Below, piece after piece: positions 1 through 10,341 of a DNA stretch of 64,000 nt. The notes under the pieces are model-generated. The model was not told the origin of the DNA. It saw only the letters and a program-made list of their open reading frames with translations, and did no database searches. This stretch comes from an uncultured Gemmatimonadaceae bacterium. Its GTDB lineage: Bacteria; Gemmatimonadota; Gemmatimonadetes; Gemmatimonadales; Gemmatimonadaceae. A program made the position numbers and the translations under genes. How positions within the stretch are numbered: the first letter of the stretch is position 1; each line of letters begins with the position of its first letter. The stretch is from contig CAWAGQ010000006.1 in assembly GCA_963781585.1 (NCBI GenBank), positions 192,001 through 256,000 on the forward strand. Direction: 5' to 3'.

Positions 1-831
1 CCTTCGGCGGGGTACGGGCTGGACGACGCCAGCCAGCGATGGAGCTTCGCGAACCCACGGGCCGGCGTGACGGTGCGCGCGGCGCCGCAGGTGACGCTGT
101 TCGTGTCATACGGCACCACCGGCCGGGAGCCAACGCGCAACGATCTGTTCGCCGGTGCGGACGACGTCACGCCTGACGACGCCCCGACGCTGCTGCCGCT
201 CGCCCGCGTGCGCCCGGAACACGTGAACGACCTGGAGGCTGGTACCACGCTCGTCGTTGGGCCGGCCGGATTCACGCTGAACATCTATGATATGCGGTTC
301 CGCGACGAAATCGCGCGCACCGGCGCCACGACGCCCCTCGGGTATGACATCCGCGCGAACGTGGGGCGGAGCTACCGGCGCGGCGTGGAGCTCGACGGCT
401 CGTGGACCGTCACGCCGTCGCTGGATCTGGGCGTATCGGCGGCCGTGAGCCGCAACCGGATCGTCGCGTATCACGACGAAGCGAGCGGGATGACCTTTCG
501 GAACGTCGATCCGATCCTCACCCCCACGGTCGTCGCCAGCCACCGCCTGAGCTGGCACGCCGCGCCCGGGGTGTCGTTGACCGCCGACGGCCGGTATCAG
601 GGGCGCACGTTTCTCGCGCCCACCGGTGACGACCGCCTGACGACTCCAGGGTTCTACGTCCTCGACGGGGGAGTGACGATTGCAGTGGGTGGGCGGACGC
701 TGCTGGTGCAGGGGCGCAACCTGCTGGACCGGCGCGCCTATCCGTCGGGAGACGTGAGCAGTGACGGCGAGGCCCGGTATTTCATCCTGGCGCCGCGAAG
801 CGTCGACGTGACGCTGCGGATCCGGATGTAG
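1..831 (+). CDS. TonB-dependent receptor, C-terminal part (runs off the left edge)
   Basis: Frame is open from base 1 (..WSFANPRAG..). Barrel-type motifs REP..DL, PEHVNDLEAG, RRGVEL and GRNLLDRRAY, with a final amphipathic strand. Confidence 0.85.
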   Translation, partial: PSAGYGLDDASQRWSFANPRAGVTVRAAPQVTLFVSYGTTGREPTRNDLFAGADDVTPDDAPTLLPLARVRPEHVNDLEAGTTLVVGPAGFTLNIYDMRFRDEIARTGATTPLGYDIRANVGRSYRRGVELDGSWTVTPSLDLGVSAAVSRNRIVAYHDEASGMTFRNVDPILTPTVVASHRLSWHAAPGVSLTADGRYQGRTFLAPTGDDRLTTPGFYVLDGGVTIAVGGRTLLVQGRNLLDRRAYPSGDVSSDGEARYFILAPRSVDVTLRIRM

Positions 832-899
832 CCGACGTCCGGTGTGAAGCGCGCGGAACGCGGGCCGGAACGAACCAGCCGGGGCCGCCCGGCGCGCTG

Positions 900-955
900 C
901 TCTGGTTGACATTCTACCCGAGGAGGTTCATACTCGGGTCGAATGTCAACCAGAG
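900..955. promoter_or_regulatory. Sigma70-like promoter inside a long inverted repeat (likely PadR operator)
   Basis: TTGACA (906-911)-17 bp-CATACT. Arms 900-922 and 933-955 are reverse complements with one mismatch and cover the ATG at 943. Confidence 0.7.
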
Positions 956-1302
956 AGCTCGAATCGGATCGCGACGCCCTTCTGCAGGGGACGCTCGATC
1001 TCCTCGTCCTGCGCATCCTGGCCCTCGGACCGCACCACGGGCAGGGGATCGCGCGCACCATCCAGGTGCGCTCCGGCGACACGCTGCTGGTTGATCACGG
1101 ATCGCTCTATCCGGCGCTCCAACGCCTGGAATCGCGCGGCTGGATCAGGGGATCATGGGGCACGTCGGACAACAACCGGCGAGCCCGCTTCTACGCGCTG
1201 ACCGCCGCCGGGCGCAAACAATTCCTCGCCGAGTCGGGCCGCTGGAACCGCCTCGTGACGTCGATCGCCCGTGTGCTCGCGCCCGGGCTCGCGGAGAGCT
1301 GA
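943..1302 (+). CDS. PadR family transcriptional regulator (acidobacterial type)
   Basis: [44 protein letters not shown]. Confidence 0.95.
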   Translation: MSTRELESDRDALLQGTLDLLVLRILALGPHHGQGIARTIQVRSGDTLLVDHGSLYPALQRLESRGWIRGSWGTSDNNRRARFYALTAAGRKQFLAESGRWNRLVTSIARVLAPGLAES

Positions 1303-1305
1303 TAC

Positions 1306-3972
1306 ATGCGCCGTCACCCGCGGAGTCAACGGGATTTCGAGGACGAGATTCGCGCCCACCTCAACCTGGAGACGGATCGACTCGTCCAGGAGGGACACTC
1401 GCCGGCCGAGGCGCGCGTGCTGGCACGCAAGCGGTTCGGCAATGTGGGGGCCTCGCAGGATCAGTTCCACGAAGCGCGCCGCGTCTCGCGGCTGGAAGAT
1501 CTCCTGAAGGACGTCCGCTACGCCGCGCGCATTCTCAGGAAGGCTCCGGCGTTCACGATTCTGGCAATCATGACCCTCGCCCTGGGGATCGGGGCCAACA
1601 CCGCGATCTTCTCCGTCATCAACGGCGTCGTCCTCAAGCCCCTCCCGTATCCAAAGCCGGAGCAACTGGTTTTCATCACCAGCCAGTTCCCCACGCTGGG
1701 ATTCGACCAGTTCTGGGTGGACCCGGTGGAGTACCTCGAGTTCCGGGAGCGGAACCGCTCTTTCCAGGAGGTGGGGGCGTATGTGACGTCGGCGGTCAAC
1801 ATGGGCGCCGGCGGAACACCCCAGCGCGTCACGGCGGCGGTTGCGACCTCGACGTTGTTTGGCGCCCTGGGTGTGCGACCCCGCGTGGGCCGGACGTTCA
1901 CGCCTGACGAGACGCTGCCGAATGCGCCCCGCACGGTGGTGCTCTCGTCGGAGCTGTGGAAATCGGCGCTCGGAAGCGATCCGGCGATCCTCGGCAAGGA
2001 GCTGGAGATCGACGGCGTGAAGCGCACCGTCATCGGCGTGATGCCGGCGGGCTTCGACATCCACGACCAGGGAGTCCGGATCTGGCTTCCGCTCCCACTC
2101 GACCCCGCCGAGCGCACGCAGGGACGAGGGGGGCACTTCCTGTACATGGTGGGGCGTCTCAAGGCGGGGGTGACGCTGCCGAATGCGCGCGCGGCCCTCA
2201 AGACGCTGCTCGGGCAGTGGCCGGCGATGGACGGCACGTCGCCGACCCTGAAGCCGGGACAGCCCGGCTTCGTGCACACGCCGAACAACATGACGCACCC
2301 GCTGCGGTTCGACGATCTGCAGACCGACATGATCGGCGGCGTGCGGCGGGCGCTGTGGGTGCTGCAGGCCGCGGTGGCGCTGGTTCTCCTGATCGCCTGC
2401 GCCAACATGGCGAATCTGCTGCTGATCCGCGCCGAAGGCCGCCACAAGGAGCTCGCGGTACGATCGGCGTTAGGCGCCGGGCGCGGGCGGTTGATGCGCC
2501 AGTTCATGACCGAAAGCGTACTGCTGTCGGTGGCGGGCGGGATCGCCGGCGTGCTGCTGGCGAACTGGGGGGTGAAGTCGCTGCTGGCGGCGAATGGCGG
2601 CAGCATTCCGCGGGCGTCGGCGGTCGGCATCGATCCGGTGGTCATGGGCTTCACGCTCCTCCTGGCAGTCGGCACCGGGCTCCTGTTCGGGCTCGCGCCG
2701 GTGCTTCACCTGACCGCACCGGGCGTGGGGCTGGCCCTCCGCGACGCGGGAAGCCGGACCACCGCCACGTCGGCGCGGCATCGCGTACGTCGCGGACTGG
2801 TGGTGACCGAGATCGCGCTCGCGATGATGCTGGTGGTTGGCGCCGGACTGCTGGTGCGGAGCTTCTGGAATCTGATGCGGGTCGACGCCGGATTCGACCG
2901 CACGCATCTCACCACGTTCGGGGTCGTCCTGCCGTCGGCGGCCTACGCGGACAGCACCCGGCGGGTCGCGTTCTTCTCCGACCTCGACCTGCGGCTGGCC
3001 GCGATCCCGGGGGTGCAGGGCGTGGCCGCGATGAGCGGGCTCCCGCCGCGTCGTCAGGTGAACGCGAACGACACCGATATGGAGGGATACGTTCCCGCGC
3101 CCAACGGCTTTCCGCCTAACGTCGATTACTACCAGTACGTTACGCCCGACTACGCGTCCACCATGGGCATCAAGGTGGTGGAGGGGCGCGGGTTCGAACC
3201 GACCGACGTCGCCGGTGCGCCGCCGGTGGCGCTGATCAACCAGACGCTGGCCCGGGTGTTCTACCAGAATCAGAGCCCGATCGGGCGCCGCATCCGACCG
3301 AGCGGCAACACCGTGTGGTGCACGATTGTCGGGGTGTTGAAGGACGTGAAACAGGGCGGCGTGGACCAGAAGACGGGGACGGAACTGTACTTCAGCTACC
3401 CGCAGACCCCGGAGACGCAGGGCTACGCCCCGCGGAGCATGAACGTGGTGCTCCGCGCCACGCTGCCGGCGTCGGCCCTGGCGTCGTCGATTCGCCGGGC
3501 GGTGAGCGGGCTCGATCCGGCGCTCCCGATCGTGAGCCTCCGCAGCATGGATGACGTGTTCAGCGATTCAGTGAGCCGGCCACGCTTCCTCGCCCAGTTG
3601 CTCGGCGTCTTTGCGAGCGTCGCGCTGATGCTGGCCGCGATCGGCACCTACGGGGTGCTCGCCTATACGGTGGCGGAACGGCGTCGCGAGATCGGCATCC
3701 GTATGGCGTTAGGCGCGATGGCGCAGGGCGTGGTCGGGATGGTCCTCCGCGAGGGGATGTCGCTCGCCGTGGTGGGCGTGGCGGTGGGGGTGGCCGGCGC
3801 ACTCGCCCTCACCCGGGTCGCGTCGACGCTCCTGTTCGGGGTGAAAGCGGCCGATCCGCTCACGTTCATCGCGGTTGCCGGGTTCATGCTGGTGGTGGCA
3901 CTGCTCGCCTGCGCGGTACCGGCCCGGCGCGCCACCCGGGTCGATCCCCTGGTGGCCCTGCGGCAGGACTAG
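1306..3972 (+). CDS. ADOP family duplicated ABC permease (MacB-PCD/FtsX x2)
   Basis: TLALGIGANTAIFSVINGV, LLIACANMANLLL, RRREIGIRMALGA and RATRVDPLVALR; directly follows PadR. Confidence 0.95.
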   Translation: MRRHPRSQRDFEDEIRAHLNLETDRLVQEGHSPAEARVLARKRFGNVGASQDQFHEARRVSRLEDLLKDVRYAARILRKAPAFTILAIMTLALGIGANTAIFSVINGVVLKPLPYPKPEQLVFITSQFPTLGFDQFWVDPVEYLEFRERNRSFQEVGAYVTSAVNMGAGGTPQRVTAAVATSTLFGALGVRPRVGRTFTPDETLPNAPRTVVLSSELWKSALGSDPAILGKELEIDGVKRTVIGVMPAGFDIHDQGVRIWLPLPLDPAERTQGRGGHFLYMVGRLKAGVTLPNARAALKTLLGQWPAMDGTSPTLKPGQPGFVHTPNNMTHPLRFDDLQTDMIGGVRRALWVLQAAVALVLLIACANMANLLLIRAEGRHKELAVRSALGAGRGRLMRQFMTESVLLSVAGGIAGVLLANWGVKSLLAANGGSIPRASAVGIDPVVMGFTLLLAVGTGLLFGLAPVLHLTAPGVGLALRDAGSRTTATSARHRVRRGLVVTEIALAMMLVVGAGLLVRSFWNLMRVDAGFDRTHLTTFGVVLPSAAYADSTRRVAFFSDLDLRLAAIPGVQGVAAMSGLPPRRQVNANDTDMEGYVPAPNGFPPNVDYYQYVTPDYASTMGIKVVEGRGFEPTDVAGAPPVALINQTLARVFYQNQSPIGRRIRPSGNTVWCTIVGVLKDVKQGGVDQKTGTELYFSYPQTPETQGYAPRSMNVVLRATLPASALASSIRRAVSGLDPALPIVSLRSMDDVFSDSVSRPRFLAQLLGVFASVALMLAAIGTYGVLAYTVAERRREIGIRMALGAMAQGVVGMVLREGMSLAVVGVAVGVAGALALTRVASTLLFGVKAADPLTFIAVAGFMLVVALLACAVPARRATRVDPLVALRQD

Positions 3973-3981
3973 TCGGACCCG

Positions 3982-4863
3982 GTGCGTCGGAATCAACCCA
4001 GTCGCACCGCCTGGCGGGTGGCCATTCGCCGGGCCGCGCACCAGCTGCTCGACGCGCCCGTTGTCTTCGCGGATCCGGTGGCGCTCAGGATTCTCGGACC
4101 GGAACAGGCATTGGCGCTTCGCGCAAACGCGGCCGCACAGGAGCGGGGGCCGATCGCGCGGGCGCTGCGGGCGTTCCTGGCCGCGCGGAGCCGGGTCGCG
4201 GAGGAGACGCTGGCCCAACTCGTGGCCGCGGGGGGCGTCCGCCAATACGTGATTCTCGGTGCGGGACTCGACACGTTCGGGTACCGGAATCCCTACCCGG
4301 CGGACCAGCTCCGGGTGTTCGAGGTGGACCACCCGTCCACCCAGATCTGGAAGCGCGAACAGCTCGAAGATTCGGGAATCGACGCGCCGGACACGCTGAC
4401 GTTCGTTCCGGTGGACTTCGGGCAGCAGGATCTGACGGCGCAGCTGCGTGACGCCGGATTGCTGGTGGGAGAGGGGGCGTTCTTTTCGTGGCTGGGTGTG
4501 GTGCCGTATCTCGACGAAGCGTCGGTGTGGACGACCCTGAAGTCGATCGCGGAACTCAGTCGTACCGGTGGCGGCGTGGTGTTCGACTACGCGATGCCGC
4601 CGGACGCGCTGACCCCGCTGCAGCGAACGGCGTTCGAGTCAATGGCGGCCCGCGTGGCCGCGGCGGGAGAACCGTGGCGGAGCTTCTTCGTGCCGGCGGA
4701 TCTGGAGCGCGAAGTGCGGGCGATGGGCTTCGGCCAAGTTGACGACCTCAGTGGCGATGAAATCAATCGGCGGTACTTCGCGGGTCGGCACGACGGACTG
4801 CGGGTTGGCTCGCTCGGCAGGATCCTCAGGGCCCTGTCGCTTAACGGCCGGAAGGTCGTATGA
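3982..4863 (+). CDS. Class I SAM-dependent methyltransferase (LCM-like)
   Basis: PSRTA, QYVILGAGLDT, FEVDHP, WLGVVPYL. Confidence 0.9.
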   Translation: MRRNQPSRTAWRVAIRRAAHQLLDAPVVFADPVALRILGPEQALALRANAAAQERGPIARALRAFLAARSRVAEETLAQLVAAGGVRQYVILGAGLDTFGYRNPYPADQLRVFEVDHPSTQIWKREQLEDSGIDAPDTLTFVPVDFGQQDLTAQLRDAGLLVGEGAFFSWLGVVPYLDEASVWTTLKSIAELSRTGGGVVFDYAMPPDALTPLQRTAFESMAARVAAAGEPWRSFFVPADLEREVRAMGFGQVDDLSGDEINRRYFAGRHDGLRVGSLGRILRALSLNGRKVV

Positions 4864-4866
4864 TCC

Positions 4867-6780
4867 GTGATGCGCGAGAACCAGGACTACGTATCCGGAT
4901 TGCCATCGCGTGAAGAGCGGACGCCAGCCGCCGGTCGTGCGACGTCGATCGTTCGATTCGGCCAGTTCGAGATAGACCCCGGACCGTGGGAGCTGCGAGC
5001 CGGCGCAAAGCGGGTCGCGCTAGGACCGAATCCCGTCCGCTTGTTGCACCTTCTGGTGAGCCGCAGAGGAGAACTGGTCACGCGCGACGAGATCTACCGT
5101 CTTCTGTGGCCGGATGGAGAGATCGACGTCAATCGCGGCACCAACACGTGCATCCGCCAGATCCGGCGGGCAATCGGGGACCGGGTGGGCGCCGAAGCGC
5201 TCATCCGAACCTATCCCGGACGCGGATACAGGTTCGTTGAAGACGTGCGCGTGACAGAACACGACCAACGCGGTCCGCGTTTGCGATGGAAGCGGCCAGG
5301 CTGGCGCCGCTCCGCGGCGGCGGTCGCTCTCCTGGCCGCCGTGCTCGCCTTCGGCATTGCGCGCGCTCGGGATCGAATTCCCACGATCTGGGTCCTCCCC
5401 TTCTCGACTACCGGGTTGGATTCGGCGCCCCTCCGCGGTGAAGGGATCGCGGCCGAACTCATCACCGTTCTGACGCGGATCGATCCAGCGCACCTGCGGG
5501 TGCTGGCCAGCGGCTCCGCTCGCTCGGCGGCCGCGCATGGCGCTGCGGACTACGTACTCGACGGAACGCTGCGGATGGACTCGACGGGCTCGGTCGTTAC
5601 CGCGAGCCTGGTTCGGGTGCGCGATGGCATGACGCTGTGGGCCGATCGCTTCGAGCGCGTCGGGGAAGGGCCGCTCGTGCTCCAGCGCGAAATCGCGGAA
5701 CGCATCGTCCAGGTGATCGCTCCGGCGATGGCTCCGGAAATCCACGCGACCTGGCAGCGTGATCCGGCCCCGGCCGCGCGCGACGCGTTTCTGCGCGCGG
5801 GCTATTTCGTCAGGCAGGGTCGCGAACTGCGCCTGGCGCTGTCGTACCTGGATACCGTGATCGCGCGCGACCGTCGCTTCGCGCCCGGTCACGCGTTGCG
5901 CGCGGATGCCCTGTTCCTGCTTCACGACCGTGGCGCGGCTCGCGCGGCGGCCGAGCAGGCGCTGCGCCTTGATTCGGCAGAGGCGCATGCGCACTTCATC
6001 CTCGGCAACGTCGATCTCGTGACCGACTGGCGTTGGAGCGCCGCGGAAGTGGAGTTGCGGAAAGCGATCGAGCTGGCTCCGGGGACGGCGCTGTACCATC
6101 TCGGGTACGGCTTCTTTCTCGCGGCCGCTGGCCGATCTGACGAGGCCATTCGCGAGGCGGAGCTCGCCGTGGCGCTGGATCCACTGTCGCCGGCGATGCT
6201 GACCGAAGCGGGCATGGTCTTTCTCTTCAGCCGGGCCTTTGATCGCGCCGCGCGCAGTTGCGATCAGGCGCTCGAGCTGGACAGCACTACCGGCTACGGG
6301 GCGGAGTGCGCCACGCAGGCCCATGCGCTCGCGGGTGACGTCACCATCGAGCTAGCCGATCGCCTCGCGCGCGCCAGCGGTGCCGACCCCGGCACGCTGT
6401 TCGCAAACGCCGGCCAGAGCGTGGCCGATCGACTACATCTGCTCCGCCAGTGGCGGCTCCGGCGTCTCGAAGCGCGGGCGAGGGTGTCCCCGGACTCACT
6501 CGGCGGACACGGCTGGTACGATCTGGCTGTCGCGTACACCGAAGCGGGACGTAGCGACGAAGCGCTGGCCGCCCTGCAGCGCTCGGCCGGGGAGCGCGCG
6601 ATCGCCTTCGTTGCCATGCGGGTGGACCCGCGACTGCACGCCCTTCGGACGGAGCAGCGATTCCGGGCTCTCGAGCGGGACCTGGCGGGATCGGATTGTC
6701 GCTGGGATGGCAATCGCGTCTGGCGCTGTCCCTCCGAAGCGGCTGGCGCGACGCGACGAGGAGCGACTGCGGCGGGTTGA
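4867..6780 (+). CDS. Winged-helix (OmpR/CadC-type) - TolB-like - TPR regulator
   Basis: N-terminal LVTRDEI..LWP..IRQIRRA..IRTYPGRGYRF, a TM segment, a VLPF TolB-like domain and TPR repeats. Confidence 0.85.
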   Translation: MMRENQDYVSGLPSREERTPAAGRATSIVRFGQFEIDPGPWELRAGAKRVALGPNPVRLLHLLVSRRGELVTRDEIYRLLWPDGEIDVNRGTNTCIRQIRRAIGDRVGAEALIRTYPGRGYRFVEDVRVTEHDQRGPRLRWKRPGWRRSAAAVALLAAVLAFGIARARDRIPTIWVLPFSTTGLDSAPLRGEGIAAELITVLTRIDPAHLRVLASGSARSAAAHGAADYVLDGTLRMDSTGSVVTASLVRVRDGMTLWADRFERVGEGPLVLQREIAERIVQVIAPAMAPEIHATWQRDPAPAARDAFLRAGYFVRQGRELRLALSYLDTVIARDRRFAPGHALRADALFLLHDRGAARAAAEQALRLDSAEAHAHFILGNVDLVTDWRWSAAEVELRKAIELAPGTALYHLGYGFFLAAAGRSDEAIREAELAVALDPLSPAMLTEAGMVFLFSRAFDRAARSCDQALELDSTTGYGAECATQAHALAGDVTIELADRLARASGADPGTLFANAGQSVADRLHLLRQWRLRRLEARARVSPDSLGGHGWYDLAVAYTEAGRSDEALAALQRSAGERAIAFVAMRVDPRLHALRTEQRFRALERDLAGSDCRWDGNRVWRCPSEAAGATRRGATAAG

Positions 6781-6893
6781 CACGACGGCGTGGACGCGTG
6801 ACGACCGCGTGTTCACCTCGTGCTTACACGGATTCCATTGCTCATGCGAGCCGGGATCTCAGATTGGGCGCCCGTCGTTCACGAGGAGATCGC

Positions 6894-7508
6894 ATGTGGC
6901 GTGTAGTGCGCATCGGTTCGGTCGTTCTGTCCCTGGCAGGGCTCGCACCGGCGGTGGTCCGCGGGCAGACTCAGGCGTCCGTGCGTGGTTATCTGGCGGA
7001 CAGTTCGCTCGCGCTTCTGCGGCCGTTGATCGGGCGCTGGCGACCGCTGGTGGTGATCAGTACCTCCGCGCAATCAGCAGGCGCGAGCATCGTCGCCGAG
7101 GAGTATCGCTGGGTGGTGGGCGGCAAGGCGATCCGATACGTCGAAAACTATCCGCTGGCGCATCCGGACTCGGCACAGGTGCAGGGACTGATCTACTGGA
7201 ATCCGGCGACCGAGCGGGTGGAGTTCGTGTCCGTTGCAGGGACGGGACCCGGACAGGGGCATTTGTACCAGGGTGAATTTCATGAGCTCGCGGACGGGGA
7301 TGTGGAGCGCGTGTTCGAGGGATTCTACCGGACGCCGGAGGATATTCCGGGCGACTCGTTCGGCGGGATGCGCCGGCGTTATCGCCAGCGCTTCCACATT
7401 ATCACCGCGGACAGTGTGGCCTTCACGCTGGAGTGGTTTCACGATGGGGCGTGGCGTCCGTTCGGCGGCCAGCGGGCGAGCAACACGCTGGTTCGCATCC
7501 CTGGGTAA
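6894..7508 (+). CDS. Hypothetical exported protein
   Basis: RBS GAGGAG before ATG 6894; signal peptide; LIGRW beta-barrel-like start. Confidence 0.7.
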   Translation: MWRVVRIGSVVLSLAGLAPAVVRGQTQASVRGYLADSSLALLRPLIGRWRPLVVISTSAQSAGASIVAEEYRWVVGGKAIRYVENYPLAHPDSAQVQGLIYWNPATERVEFVSVAGTGPGQGHLYQGEFHELADGDVERVFEGFYRTPEDIPGDSFGGMRRRYRQRFHIITADSVAFTLEWFHDGAWRPFGGQRASNTLVRIPG

Positions 7509-7642
7509 ATTCCGGGTCGGCAGCGGCGGCCAACGGACTCGCGGGAGTGCTCCCGGAGCACAAGTCGCGCGGTTTGCACCGACGCCCGCGCGTGCCTTCA
7601 CAGAGCGGGAACGGAGCAACCGATCCAATGAGGAGGTTACGT

Positions 7643-8299
7643 ATGACGAATGCATCCATTCGTTTGCCGATCATCATGATGCTCGCACTCTTCTTCCCGA
7701 GCGTCGTCGTGGCGCAGCGCGGGAATGGAGGGCAGGCGCCGCGACCCGAAGTCCTGCCGCGGGCGCAGGAAATGGAGCTCGCGTTGAGCGCCGCGCCGGA
7801 ACAGCTGCGGCCGGGCGCCGGTGTGTACGTGCTGGAGGACCACGGGTACGTACAGGTCCGCTCGAGCTCGAACGGATTCACCTGCATCGTCAATCGCGAT
7901 GCGCCCAAGGCCATCAAGCCCACCTGTTACGACGCGGAGGGAACAGCCACCATCATTCCCAAGGTGCTTCGCGTCGGTGAGATGCTGATGCAGGGGAAGT
8001 CGGCTGGGGAGATCGATGCCATGGAGGAGGAGGGATTCCGAGATGGGACCTTCATCGCCCCGCGGCGTCCGGGCGTGGCGTACATGCTCTCCGAGCATAT
8101 TCGGAACGAGGACCCGGCCACGGGCCAGACCAGCGGTTTCCCGCCGCACATCATGTTCTACGCCCCCAACCTGACGAATGCCGATCTGGGAGTGACGCCC
8201 GAGGCCATGCGCGCGTATCCGTTTCTTCCGTTCATCGCATATCAGGGCCCGCACGGGTTCATGGTCGTGGTCCCCGACTGGAAGAAGGGATCGGGGTAG
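7643..8299 (+). CDS. Hypothetical exported protein
   Basis: AGGAGG RBS; signal peptide; conserved-looking ALSAAP, NGFTC, PTCYD, GVAYMLS and PPHIMFYAP. Confidence 0.75.
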   Translation: MTNASIRLPIIMMLALFFPSVVVAQRGNGGQAPRPEVLPRAQEMELALSAAPEQLRPGAGVYVLEDHGYVQVRSSSNGFTCIVNRDAPKAIKPTCYDAEGTATIIPKVLRVGEMLMQGKSAGEIDAMEEEGFRDGTFIAPRRPGVAYMLSEHIRNEDPATGQTSGFPPHIMFYAPNLTNADLGVTPEAMRAYPFLPFIAYQGPHGFMVVVPDWKKGSG

Positions 8300-8416
8300 C
8301 TTCAGCCCGTCGCTGACCAGAGCGGATTCGCGCTTCTGGCATCCTCCGACGTACGTTGGACAGGTCATTCATGTCCCGCGGCACGACGAGTTCGGACGCG
8401 GAACCGGAGTAGCGTC

Positions 8417-9547
8417 ATGCCACGTGCAGTCATCCTCGCTTGTCTGCTCGTGCCTGTGGTTGGCTCAGGGCAGCTCGCGTGTCGCGGCATGCCCGGCGGT
8501 GCACCGGCGCCCGCACTCGCTCAGACCGAAACCTGGCCGGCGCTTGGCGACGAGCTTGTTCTCGGTCGCGATGTGCGCGCCGACCTGCTCTCGGATGGGA
8601 GCGCCGTCGTCATCGACCGCTCGAAGCTGGAGCTGCTTCGGGTTGACCGAAAGAGCGGCCGCGTGACGACTCTCGCACACAAGGGGCCGGGGCCGGGAGA
8701 GATCGGATCGGTTGTCGGTGTAGTCGTCACGGTCGGCGACACGATTGTGGTGCTCGATCTCTCGAAGCGGCGAGCGATGCGCCTGGACATACAGGGGAAA
8801 TTGATCGCGGCGCCCCCATATCAACCTGTCGGCCTGCCGTTTCCGGTACTGCTCGCCGCCAGCGGCGGCGACGTCATCGAGGTGACTCGGAATCGCCCTC
8901 AACGAGGCAAGGCGGAGCCTCCGGTGATGATTATCCGGACTCTGGATCGGGACTCGGCGCGCGTCGCGCGTACGGTCGAGTTGAGCGATCCCCCTTCGGA
9001 GCCTGGCATCTTCACACCCAATGGGGTCGCCGCGCCCGCGGGCGACGGGCACGTCCTCCTCGCCTCTGGTGCGAGCGGCGACGTGCTCGTGGCCTCGCTG
9101 CGTGACACTACCGACAGCGTGGTCCATCTCGGAATCGGACCGCCGCAGAGACTCACGCGCGACTTCGCCGAGCGTGTGATGACGCAGGCGATGACGCAGC
9201 TTCCTGCTCAGGATCGTCCTCGAGCAATCGCCGCCTTGCTCGGAGCGCTGCCGCTCGCTCCGTTCTATCCGATGTTCTCCCGCATCCTGGTGGGGACATC
9301 AGGTTCCCTGTGGGTGCAACGCACGTACCCCGCAGCCGGCGACACGGCATCCTCCGACGCCCCGGCCACGTTTTCGATGGACGATCTGGGCGGCTTCGTG
9401 TGGCAGCAATTCGGACGTCAGGGTGCACTCTCGGCGGAGTGTCGTACTCCTTCGGAATGGCGGGTCGTGCTCGCGCGCCGGAGCGAAATCCTGTTCGCGG
9501 AGGATGACGCGACCGCGACGCGATTCTTCACCTGGCGACTGCGGTGA
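8417..9547 (+). CDS. 6-bladed beta-propeller-like exported protein or lipoprotein
   Basis: Signal with Cys; KGPGPGE motif; G.LWVQR near the C-terminus. Confidence 0.7.
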   Translation: MPRAVILACLLVPVVGSGQLACRGMPGGAPAPALAQTETWPALGDELVLGRDVRADLLSDGSAVVIDRSKLELLRVDRKSGRVTTLAHKGPGPGEIGSVVGVVVTVGDTIVVLDLSKRRAMRLDIQGKLIAAPPYQPVGLPFPVLLAASGGDVIEVTRNRPQRGKAEPPVMIIRTLDRDSARVARTVELSDPPSEPGIFTPNGVAAPAGDGHVLLASGASGDVLVASLRDTTDSVVHLGIGPPQRLTRDFAERVMTQAMTQLPAQDRPRAIAALLGALPLAPFYPMFSRILVGTSGSLWVQRTYPAAGDTASSDAPATFSMDDLGGFVWQQFGRQGALSAECRTPSEWRVVLARRSEILFAEDDATATRFFTWRLR

Positions 9548-9553
9548 GGTCTC

Positions 9554-10102
9554 ATGCGAGGACGGAGCGACAACCATCGCGGTACCATCGAGTGGTTGAG
9601 GTGGTCGGCAGGCATTGCACGCCGCCCGGCCGGTACCCTGTTGCTCGCGGCCGGCGCGTGCATGCCGTTCGTTCAGCCGGTCGGCACGCTCAGTCCCGTT
9701 CTGGGCCCACGCGACTCGCTCGCCCTCGCCTACGACACCGGACGGTGCGACGGGTTGATAATCTATCCAAGCCATCGCCCGGGCATCGTGTTCTATCTGG
9801 CCGTGCCGGTGGGTTTGATGGTCGCCAATCGGACCGGCAACTACTGGATGGTGCCAGTCTCAATGACGGCGGCGCGGTTCGGTGAGGCGCTGGGGTCGTA
9901 CGGAAGAACGCGCGCTGCGGTACCGGCGCCACCCGATTCCATGCGCTCCCGCTACGGACTGAACTCCCCGGTGCTGTGGAATCAGTACGGCCGTGGATTC
10001 GGCAGAGCGGTCGAGGATCGGCGACGTGCGGACCTCAACGGCAGCCTTCGATCCGCGCTAATCGGTGCGTTCATCCTGATCCCGTTGCTGGCACGGCGCT
10101 GA
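9554..10102 (+). CDS. Hypothetical lipoprotein or membrane protein
   Basis: LAAGAC lipobox-like motif and C-terminal hydrophobic helix; operonic with the previous gene; start uncertain. Confidence 0.5.
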   Translation: MRGRSDNHRGTIEWLRWSAGIARRPAGTLLLAAGACMPFVQPVGTLSPVLGPRDSLALAYDTGRCDGLIIYPSHRPGIVFYLAVPVGLMVANRTGNYWMVPVSMTAARFGEALGSYGRTRAAVPAPPDSMRSRYGLNSPVLWNQYGRGFGRAVEDRRRADLNGSLRSALIGAFILIPLLARR

Positions 10103-10341
10103 CGCGGCCGGGCAGGTCGGTACCGGCTCGGTGCGCGAGGCCCCGGGGAAGGGTTCCGTTTGGAGCGCGCGTGGGCCCGCCCTGTCGCGCACCTGGTGGG
10201 GCCGCGGCGTTCCTTCGGGCGCCGGGACCTCTCACGCGGGCGCGAGAGAGCGCCGGGTATTAACATGCCACGGATGACCGACTGCCTGGCGCTTCGCCCG
10301 AAGTGGCTGCGGACTGCGCGCAAGGACGCCATCGCGCCCTC

